A stretch of 64,000 nucleotides of DNA from an uncultured Alphaproteobacteria bacterium (lineage in GTDB: Bacteria > Pseudomonadota > Alphaproteobacteria > RF32 > CAG-239): positions 957-64,956 of the forward strand of contig CAJTLY010000002.1 in the NCBI GenBank assembly GCA_910577095.1, given 5' to 3'. Numbering within the stretch: the stretch's first letter is position 1; every line of letters begins with the position of its first letter. A program made the position numbers and the translations under genes. Positions 56,878 to 64,000 of the stretch are shown piece after piece. The notes under the pieces were generated by a model, which was not told where the DNA came from, ran no database searches, and saw only the letters and a list, made by a program, of their open reading frames with translations.

Positions 56878-57438
56878 ATGAAAAACAAATTTTTAACCAT
56901 TGCCTGCGCCGCCATGCTGATCACCGGCGTTGCAGCCAACGCCGCCGATAACGAACCGATGCCGATCCGCGACCGCCCGACTCCGGAAATGATGGAAGCA
57001 AAACTGGCAGACCGTTTGCAATTGAACAGCGACCAAAGAAAAGTCATACGGGAACGCCGTGAACAGGACCAGGCGGAAATGCGCCAGCTGATGGAAAAAA
57101 TGAAAGAAATCCGCAACGAAATGAATCGCATCCGTCAGGCAAACATGGAAGCTTTTGAAGCTCAGCTTACTCCGGAACAGAAAGCCGAATTTGACAAGAT
57201 TAAGGCCGAGCGCAAAGCTCATCATACGGAAAGAATGGGAAAAAGAAAAATGCGTCATATGAGAGAAATGCCGCATATGAAAGACATGCCGCATGACATG
57301 CCGCCGATGGCCGGGGAAATGAGAATGCCGGAACCTCCGGAAGAACCCAACCCGGTATTGACCGGCGATACGCCCTCCCCGGTTGACGCGACCGTAATGC
57401 CGGACGTTTCTGCAGTGACAGAACCCGAAAGCAAATAA
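56878..57438 (+). CDS. Spy/CpxP/ZraP-family periplasmic protein with a Met/His-rich tail
   Basis: Signal peptide, LTxxQ-type motifs (LQLNSDQRK, LTPEQKAEF), and the tail HMREMPHMKDMPHDMPPMAGEMRMPEP. Confidence 0.7.
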   Translation: MKNKFLTIACAAMLITGVAANAADNEPMPIRDRPTPEMMEAKLADRLQLNSDQRKVIRERREQDQAEMRQLMEKMKEIRNEMNRIRQANMEAFEAQLTPEQKAEFDKIKAERKAHHTERMGKRKMRHMREMPHMKDMPHDMPPMAGEMRMPEPPEEPNPVLTGDTPSPVDATVMPDVSAVTEPESK

Positions 57439-57450
57439 CTCTGTGTCCAC

Positions 57451-57482
57451 AAAAAATCCCGGTTTTTACCGGGATTTTTTTT
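57451..57482. terminator. bidirectional intrinsic terminator
   Basis: AAAAAATCCCGG-ttttta-CCGGGATTTTTTTT. Confidence 0.65.
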
Positions 57483-57504
57483 ATCCGTTATCGTTGCCGC
57501 GGCA

Positions 57505-58743
57505 TTACTTGCGCCGGCGTTTCGGCGCTGCCGTCAGTTTGGAAAACAGATAAACAATCCCCGATACCAGGGTTTTGCGTTCCCTAACCTTCAACGAACT
57601 CCACCAATTGAGCAAACGCCGGAAAATACCGGGCTCTTTTTGCGGCGCCGGATGCTTCTTTTCTTTTTCGAAAACCGGGGATTCTTCCAACGACAATTTC
57701 TCGACCTTGCCGCGGAAAGGTTCCAAAATTTCACGAATATCGTTATCGGCAACATAGGCACCGTGTATTCGTTTTAATCCGCCTGCCGCATCCAAAAACA
57801 AGGCGTCGCCGCGGCCGAGCAGCTTTTCGGCGCCGGTCGTGTCCAAAACAGTACGGGAATCGGCAGAGGCTGCCGTTTTATAAGCCAGACGGGAAGGAAA
57901 ATTCGCTTTCAACACACCGGTTACCACATCAACCGACGGCCGCTGGGTGGCCAGAATCAGATGAATCCCGCACGCCCGGGCTTTTTGCGCCAACAAACGG
58001 ATATATTTTTCAACTTCGGGACTGACGGTGACCAAATCGGCAAATTCATCGATAACGCAAACAATATAGGGCATCAGGCCGACCCGTAAATGATATTCGT
58101 CAATATTGCGGCAATGGCTTTCCTCCAACTGCCGGTAGCGCCGCTCCATTTCGTCGACCAGATAAGCCAAAACCGCCACGGCATCCTTATTTTCGGTAAC
58201 CACCGGCGTTAACATGTATTGCTGATCGTTATAAATCGAAAATTCAATGCGCTTGGGGTCAATCAGAACCAGTTTGAGTTCGGAAGTTTCTTTGGCCAAA
58301 ATCAGCGACAAGATAAAGGTATTGAGCCCGACCGACTTCCCGGACCCGGTCGTACCCGCGACCAACAAATGCGGCATTTTCGACAAGTCGGCAATCACCG
58401 GTTTGCCGGCAACGTCGGTACCTAGGCAAAGCGGCAGTTTTCCTTTAAAATTTTTAAAAGCCTCACTGTCAACCAAGGTTTTAAAATCAACCGTCCGCGG
58501 CTGCCGGTCCGGTATTTCGAACCAAACATTTCCCGAATCCGGCACTTTTTCAACGTCAACCGAAGAAACGCCCAGCTCACGGGCAATGTCTTCCCGCGCG
58601 CTCATAATGTTTTTTATTTTCGTACCCGGCGCCGGCGCAAACTCAATCAAACGCAGCAACGGCCCGTTTTTTTCGCCGACGATGTTACCGCCGATTCCGT
58701 AATGGGTTAAAATTTCTTCCAAAGCGGCACTCATTTTTTCCAT
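57505..58743 (-). CDS. FtsK/SpoIIIE-family ATPase, motor (alpha/beta) domains only
   Basis: PHLLVAGTTGSGKS, VIDEFADL and ILATQRPSVDVVTGVLKANFPSRLAYK...DSRTVLD..GAEKLLGRGD. No N-terminal TM segments, and no winged-helix gamma domain is recognisable. The tail is basic and hydrophobic. Confidence 0.8.
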   Translation of the reverse strand: MEKMSAALEEILTHYGIGGNIVGEKNGPLLRLIEFAPAPGTKIKNIMSAREDIARELGVSSVDVEKVPDSGNVWFEIPDRQPRTVDFKTLVDSEAFKNFKGKLPLCLGTDVAGKPVIADLSKMPHLLVAGTTGSGKSVGLNTFILSLILAKETSELKLVLIDPKRIEFSIYNDQQYMLTPVVTENKDAVAVLAYLVDEMERRYRQLEESHCRNIDEYHLRVGLMPYIVCVIDEFADLVTVSPEVEKYIRLLAQKARACGIHLILATQRPSVDVVTGVLKANFPSRLAYKTAASADSRTVLDTTGAEKLLGRGDALFLDAAGGLKRIHGAYVADNDIREILEPFRGKVEKLSLEESPVFEKEKKHPAPQKEPGIFRRLLNWWSSLKVRERKTLVSGIVYLFSKLTAAPKRRRK

Positions 58744-58745
58744 CC

Positions 58746-59312
58746 TTACAATTTTGACAGTTTCACGGCAATTTCACGTGACAATTCGCCGATCAGGGCG
58801 CTTTCTTTCTCCGCCAGATCTTCATAGCTTTCGGTCAACGGGGCGGTGAGACGGCTGCGTTCGCGGGCAGCGACACGGCCGTTTTTATATACGGTCCACC
58901 AAGCGTCAATTTCTATTTTCTGTCCTAAAACGGCATCCATTTTATTGACTTCGACCGTCACCGTATAAGTGAAGTTTTCGCTGACCAGGGTTTTGAACTT
59001 AACCACCGACTTGGGCAGATAAACGGAAATGTCATCGGCCAACACTCGTGAAAACGAACTCGACAACGGTTCTCCCCAACGATAAAACTCCGACATTTTC
59101 AATTCCGAAGAGCCGGCTTCCATCGTCACGATCTGCGGCCGATCAAGATATCTCGGAATAAACACTTCCTCCACCCCGATGTCCATCCGTCGCTGCGAAA
59201 CCGGGCGCACATCGCCTTCCAGGGCTTTGAGCTGATAAAAACGCGACGGGCTGCTGGTTCCGACACAGGCGGCAACCAACAACAACAGGACTGACAAAAA
59301 CAAATTTTTCAT
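58746..59312 (-). CDS. PqiC/YmbA-type (DUF330) transport-auxiliary lipoprotein
   Basis: Lipobox LLLVAAC followed by SPSRFYQL, typical of the family. Confidence 0.75.
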   Translation of the reverse strand: MKNLFLSVLLLLVAACVGTSSPSRFYQLKALEGDVRPVSQRRMDIGVEEVFIPRYLDRPQIVTMEAGSSELKMSEFYRWGEPLSSSFSRVLADDISVYLPKSVVKFKTLVSENFTYTVTVEVNKMDAVLGQKIEIDAWWTVYKNGRVAARERSRLTAPLTESYEDLAEKESALIGELSREIAVKLSKL

Positions 59313-59314
59313 GA

Positions 59315-60082
59315 CTAATACCTTCCTTTTCCTCTTAATAACGATTCCGGATGTCTTTCTATATAATCAGCAAAATTGTTTAATGACTTGGCGGCACCGG
59401 AAATATTTAACATTGCCCGGTTAAAATTGCGCAAAGTTTCCGGCACGTTCTGGGTTTGCTGCGGAATTTTGGAAAACTGCTGCAAAACGCCGGCAAGCTG
59501 CGGAACAATCTCATTATTCAGCGAATCGAGAAATTTATTCATTTTGGTAACCGTTTGCTTGAGCGGTATTTCCTGAAATCCCTGTGACAATTCTGCCAAC
59601 GGCGACAACACGGTCGGAATTTCGGGGACGCGTTCTCCCCTGCTGCGGTAAACAGCCGGGGTTCCCGCCGGCATCATTTCAAGTTCGATCATCAGCTGTC
59701 CGGTCAGGTAGTTGAGGTTATTGAGCCGCGCGCGCAATCCTTTCTCCACCAGTTCGTTCAATATTTGGCGACGGGTCTCGTTAGGCAATGTCGGGTTAAA
59801 GTTTTGACTGTTAAACGCCACATATACCGGAATACTGAATTCGGTATCTTCCATATCGGTAATCAGATCGATTTTATAAACCTTTCCGATATTCACGCCC
59901 TTGAAGACCACCGGCGATCCGACATCCAGACCTTTTATCGACTCTGAAAAGTACATCACCACCATGCTGCGGGTGTCACCGCGGACTTTGTCTGCCACAA
60001 ACATGCCGATCGTGGCGACAAACAAAATAATTCCGCAGATGAGAAACAAACCGATTAATTTGCTTTTTGGTTTTTTACGCAT
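59315..60082 (-). CDS. MCE-domain protein (MlaD/PqiB-like, single MCE)
   Basis: N-terminal TM, then SIKGLDVGSPVVFKGVNIGKV. Confidence 0.8.
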   Translation of the reverse strand: MRKKPKSKLIGLFLICGIILFVATIGMFVADKVRGDTRSMVVMYFSESIKGLDVGSPVVFKGVNIGKVYKIDLITDMEDTEFSIPVYVAFNSQNFNPTLPNETRRQILNELVEKGLRARLNNLNYLTGQLMIELEMMPAGTPAVYRSRGERVPEIPTVLSPLAELSQGFQEIPLKQTVTKMNKFLDSLNNEIVPQLAGVLQQFSKIPQQTQNVPETLRNFNRAMLNISGAAKSLNNFADYIERHPESLLRGKGRY

Positions 60083-60836
60083 TTTCTTTGGCACCTCTGG
60101 TTAAAAAATTATAAACTTTTTGGTTAGGCGGGTCTTTCAACAGTTGGTTGGGGTTGCCGTAACCCTGAATTGATTTGGTTTCGCCGTCAAGAAAAATCGA
60201 ATTGCTGCCGACGGCAAAAATCGACGCCAATTCGTGAGTCACGATCACAATCGTGGTTCCGAGGCTGTGATTGATGTCCAAAATCAGATCATCCAACAAT
60301 TTGGAACTGATCGGATCCAAACCGGCCGACGGTTCGTCAAAATAGACGATTTCCGGATCCAGCGCCAACGCCCGCGCCAAACCGGCGCGTTTTTTCATTC
60401 CGCCGCTGATTTCCGAAGGATAAAAATCCTCAAAACCGGCCAAACCGACCAACGCCAGTTTCAGTGACACCAACTCGCTTACCTCGCGCTCGGAATAGTC
60501 CGTATATTGTTGCAACGGCAAGGCAATGTTTTCGGCCAGCGTCATTGAACTGAACAAAGCGCCGCTTTGATACAAAATGCCGCAACGCTGCATAATTTCG
60601 TCGCGCACCGGCGGCGCGGCTTTGGTAAAATCGACACCGTCAATAAAAAAATTTCCCCGCTGCGGCGGCACCAACCCGGTCAATACGCGCAGTAACGAAC
60701 TTTTGCCGCACCCCGAGCCGCCCATGATAATGAAGACGTCCCCTTTATTGACATTAAAACTGATATCTTTCAGCAGCACAAAATCACCGTATCCGACGGT
60801 AAGGTTTTTAACCGCAATTTGCACTTCCGCCGTCAT
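60075..60836 (-). CDS. ABC ATPase of the Mla type (MlaF-like)
   Basis: GGSGCGKSS, SGGMKKRAGLARAL and VYFDEPSAGLDP. ATGA overlap with the permease gene. Confidence 0.85.
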   Translation of the reverse strand: MTAEVQIAVKNLTVGYGDFVLLKDISFNVNKGDVFIIMGGSGCGKSSLLRVLTGLVPPQRGNFFIDGVDFTKAAPPVRDEIMQRCGILYQSGALFSSMTLAENIALPLQQYTDYSEREVSELVSLKLALVGLAGFEDFYPSEISGGMKKRAGLARALALDPEIVYFDEPSAGLDPISSKLLDDLILDINHSLGTTIVIVTHELASIFAVGSNSIFLDGETKSIQGYGNPNQLLKDPPNQKVYNFLTRGAKENA

Positions 60837-61951
60837 ATTCCCAACACCTCGCAAACAACGGTAATAATTCCGGTCATCACAATCATCCAGACAATCGCCG
60901 AAACCACCGCTTTGGTGGTGGCCACACCGACGCTGTCGGCATTGCGCCCGCAATAAACGCCGTAATAACAACCGCACACCGCTATGACGACGCCAAAAAC
61001 CAGACCGTGAAAAATACCGACCAGAAAATTATTGAGACTGATGGCGTTGACCGACAGTTCCCAATATTTCTGAAACGGAATTCCGAGCATCGTCACCCCG
61101 ACAAAGCCGCCGCCGAACATCCCCATAAAATCGGCCCACATCACCAAAATCGGCATCGTCAGCACCAGCGCCATCAGCCGCGGCAACACCAGAAAATCGA
61201 CCGGTGCAATTCCCATTGTTTTGAGAGCGTCAATTTCCTCGTTGACCTGCATGGTACCGATGGTGGCGGCATAGGAAGCGCCGGTACGCCCGGCCATGAT
61301 AATGCCGGTCATGATGGCGCCCATAATCCGGGTCATGCCGATGGTTACCAAACTGGCAACATAAATTTCGGCACCGAAAGTCTTGAGCTGGACCGCACCG
61401 ACAAACGCCAGAATCAGCCCGACCATAAAACTGATCAGCGACACGATCGGCAACGCCTTGTAGCCGCAATCCTCGAGAGCAAACAGGAAGTCGACCCGAC
61501 GCATCACCGACATGCCGTTAACAAAATTCCAAAAAGAAACCACCGTTTTCCACAAAAATCCGCCGCCTTTGCGGATGCCTTCCGCGGTCGCAAGCCCCCA
61601 ATTGCCGACTCTTTCCAACAATCCGACGGTTTCATCGCTTTCGGCAACCGGTTTGCGGTCAACCGAAAAAGCCAATTCCAGCAATTGTTTCAAACCGGGC
61701 GGTAATTGTTGCAGTCGCAACGGTATTTGCCGTCTGCGACTGATTTTTTGCAACTGAAACAAAATGACCAGCAGCGTCGAATCCCATTCGCCGAGACCGG
61801 CCGCCTGCACTTCGACGCTCTCTGTATTTTTACGGCTTGCCGCCTCATACAGGCCGCTGATCGCCGCATTGTCGTCATATTTCAGATAATCGCCGTTCAG
61901 TTCCAGTTTGAGAACGGTTCCGTCGACGGTATATTTCAATTTTGTTTCCAT
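60833..61951 (-). CDS. MlaE-family permease with an N-terminal STAS-like domain
   Basis: About 110-aa N-terminal soluble domain, then an MlaE core (GAEIYVASLVTIGMTRIMGAIMTGIIMAGRTGASYAA.IGTMQVNEEIDAL). Confidence 0.8.
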   Translation of the reverse strand: METKLKYTVDGTVLKLELNGDYLKYDDNAAISGLYEAASRKNTESVEVQAAGLGEWDSTLLVILFQLQKISRRRQIPLRLQQLPPGLKQLLELAFSVDRKPVAESDETVGLLERVGNWGLATAEGIRKGGGFLWKTVVSFWNFVNGMSVMRRVDFLFALEDCGYKALPIVSLISFMVGLILAFVGAVQLKTFGAEIYVASLVTIGMTRIMGAIMTGIIMAGRTGASYAATIGTMQVNEEIDALKTMGIAPVDFLVLPRLMALVLTMPILVMWADFMGMFGGGFVGVTMLGIPFQKYWELSVNAISLNNFLVGIFHGLVFGVVIAVCGCYYGVYCGRNADSVGVATTKAVVSAIVWMIVMTGIITVVCEVLGI

Positions 61952-61997
61952 TTTTTTATCCTACCGACAATTTATTCACAATCCGTATTTCCGTCAA

Positions 61998-63314
61998 CTA
62001 AAATATCAAACGCCGCTTTTGCAGGTATCGGAGCGAAATAACCAGCAACATCAGATTGTAAAAATATTCGGTACTCCAGCACCAAGCCAACGACGAACGG
62101 AGCCAGACCACCACATACCAGACGTTGACGACATAAATGACGGTCGCGGCCAGTTCAATATACATCGCCTGACGGGTCCGCCCGGATCCGATCACCACAT
62201 TAAAAACAATGATTGCCGGAACAATGGTGACATAGCTGCCGAGCATCACGTAATAAGCTTCGACGCTGTCGGCAATCAAATGCGGATCGTCGGTATAAAT
62301 CCGCATCACCGCTTCGGGGAAAAAGGCCAGCGCCGTGCATAACAGCGCTTCTATCGCAAAACCGAGGCGGACGATTCGATACAGGGTCGGCGCAATCTGT
62401 TTTTGCCGGCTTTGGCCGATCAGGTTGGCCGTCAGTGAAGAAGCGGTGGCGCCGAGGGCCCCCACAACCATGTACAACATGGTCGAAATCGAGCGCAGCA
62501 CGTTGGAGGACGCCAGTTCAAATTCTCCCAAATGCTCAATGGCCACAAAAAAGAAAAACCAGGTGGCAAAGGAAATAAACAACTGAATGGTCGTCCAAAT
62601 CGAAACCGAAAAAATCTGCCGAATCAGCCGCGGATTATAGCCGCTGAAACAATCCAGCCCGTAACGTCGAACATCAATGCGAAAACGGGTATAAAACACA
62701 AAAAACAAAGCCGAAACCGCTTCCGCAATCACGGATGCCAGCGCTGCGCCGCCGATACCCATTTGCGGAAAACCGAATTTGCCGAAAATCAGCAAATAGT
62801 TGCCGACTACATTAATCGCCAGCATCACCACCGCACTCCAGGTCAGCACCCGGGTATTGACCGTTCCCACATAAAAGGCACGAAACACAATAACCGCAAA
62901 AGAAAACACAAATCCCCAGACCCGAAAACCCAGATACTGCTGTGCGGCCGCCAACACCCGCGGGGAACTGATCAACAGCGGCAGCACCGACGGCGTCAAA
63001 AGATAAGAAACCGCAACCGCTGCGACCGCAAAACCAGACATCAGCCCCAAAGCCTGATAAAAAAGCGGCGCAATCTGCTTATAATGCCCGCTGCCGTTTA
63101 AACGCGCAATCAATATTTGCACCCCGATGCCAAACCCTACCCCGAGCATATAGACGGTAATATAGTAAAGCCCGGCAATTGCGGAAGCGCCGAGTTCCGT
63201 CTGGCCGACCCGACCGAGAAAAACAACGTCGGTTACGCCGATCAATTGCTGAATAACCATGCCCACCAAAATCGGGCTGGCGATTTTCCATATGTTTTTA
63301 TATCCGTAAACCAT
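61998..63314 (-). CDS. MATE-family efflux transporter
   Basis: 12 TM segments. The N-terminus KNIWKIASPILVGMVIQQL is typical of MATE. ATG at 63314 (the track start is TTG). Confidence 0.8.
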   Translation of the reverse strand: MVYGYKNIWKIASPILVGMVIQQLIGVTDVVFLGRVGQTELGASAIAGLYYITVYMLGVGFGIGVQILIARLNGSGHYKQIAPLFYQALGLMSGFAVAAVAVSYLLTPSVLPLLISSPRVLAAAQQYLGFRVWGFVFSFAVIVFRAFYVGTVNTRVLTWSAVVMLAINVVGNYLLIFGKFGFPQMGIGGAALASVIAEAVSALFFVFYTRFRIDVRRYGLDCFSGYNPRLIRQIFSVSIWTTIQLFISFATWFFFFVAIEHLGEFELASSNVLRSISTMLYMVVGALGATASSLTANLIGQSRQKQIAPTLYRIVRLGFAIEALLCTALAFFPEAVMRIYTDDPHLIADSVEAYYVMLGSYVTIVPAIIVFNVVIGSGRTRQAMYIELAATVIYVVNVWYVVVWLRSSLAWCWSTEYFYNLMLLVISLRYLQKRRLIF

Positions 63315-63437
63315 TTTTTCCAACTGCAAACTATTATTTGTTATCTGGCTATTACAACCGTCAAAATCAAGCAAATACTATCCAAAAACCAAAAAACTCC
63401 CTTATGCCGGCAGGGCTTAAGGGAGTCGTGAGTGAAA

Positions 63438-63809
63438 TCAGCAGCCGAAACGGCGGCTCAGTTCTTGCATAATCAGGGCATACGCTCTGTTTTGCATTTC
63501 ATCATTGCTTCGGGTCAGTTTTTGCCAAACCGACTCATACAACCGCAACGCCTCCTCCGGAGAAAGCGAAAGCAAGATGCCATCAAAGACATTTTGGATT
63601 TCGACAATATTCATCCAATTCAGGTCGGGGCGCGGCCGTTGGTAGAGAAACATCCAGATTTCGTTGCAGGCGGCCGTCAAAATCCAGAGATGGCTTTTCG
63701 CGGTTTGAGCGTCAATGTCTTCGGCATCGTTTTTCCGCCTATGGCAGAAAAACAATTCTATCAGAATTAAAATCAGCACAACCGCGCAAATCAACAATTT
63801 CATATTCAT
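63438..63809 (-). CDS. hypothetical N-terminally anchored protein
   Basis: ATG at 63809 or 63803 (the track start at 63839 is TTG and overlaps the upstream stop). One TM segment. Confidence 0.5.
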   Translation of the reverse strand: MNMKLLICAVVLILILIELFFCHRRKNDAEDIDAQTAKSHLWILTAACNEIWMFLYQRPRPDLNWMNIVEIQNVFDGILLSLSPEEALRLYESVWQKLTRSNDEMQNRAYALIMQELSRRFGC

Positions 63810-63819
63810 GGCAAAAAAA

Positions 63820-63999
63820 TTAAATTTCCTCTTTTGCAAGAATATCCGTCAGGCACTTGTTGCAGATGCGGCAAATACGCGTATTTTCTGCCACCAAAGG
63901 GTCAAGGCCCTTCATCTTCGCGATCGTTTCCAGCGCTTCTTTCTGTTCCGCTGTCAAATTTTTCAACTTCGGCAGATTGTGCTCGTCGCTGAACTTGAC
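63820..63999 (-). CDS. 3' end of a CDS cut by the window edge (hypothetical)
   Basis: The frame is open from the edge (...LTAEQKEALETIAKMKGLDPLVAENTRICRICNKCLTDILAKEEI) to TAA at 63820-63822. Confidence 0.35.
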   Translation of the reverse strand, partial: VKFSDEHNLPKLKNLTAEQKEALETIAKMKGLDPLVAENTRICRICNKCLTDILAKEEI

Positions 64000-64000
64000 C

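Overview
The window is a 64-kb chromosomal segment that reads as an alphaproteobacterium. It has a near-textbook CtrA response regulator plus Fe-SOD, RNase HI, dimeric GlyRS and an Mla/MCE operon. It is densely coding, with many 4-nt start/stop overlaps and clear hairpin+T-run terminators.

Two segments are visibly more AT-rich than their surroundings:
- Positions 1 to ~5824 hold a plasmid-like integrative element abutting the 3' end of a tRNA-Glu(CUC) gene. It carries a DUF3768 protein, a putative C39-like Cys peptidase, a short FimB-sized tyrosine recombinase, an HUH Rep-like protein, a hyper-acidic protein and a large serine recombinase. The serine recombinase ORF runs antisense through the tRNA.
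- Positions ~28047-30480 hold a single-gene islet encoding a 743-aa ABC-ATPase+Toprim (OLD-family) nuclease, wedged between host genes.

Other accessory or unusual content:
- Two large autotransporters, one built from chlamydial-type Pmp repeats.
- An AlbA_2/Schlafen-domain protein.
- An AdiA/AdiC-like acid-resistance pair next to a secreted tandem-repeat protein.
- A His-His nuclease-like toxin with an overlapping SUKH (SMI1/KNR4) immunity gene.
- A zeta-toxin-like kinase with a small upstream partner, and a CHAP/papain-like protein.
- An ECF sigma module with a Met/His-rich Spy/CpxP-like protein.
- An mlaE(STAS)-mlaF-mlaD-pqiC operon translationally coupled to a truncated, motor-only FtsK/SpoIIIE ATPase.

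Two tRNAs were found (Glu-CUC, Gln-UUG). I saw no rRNA and no CRISPR array. All functional calls rest on motif recognition by eye; no database search was run. Several track ORFs begin at TTG/GTG, so I re-picked starts by ATG plus RBS where possible.
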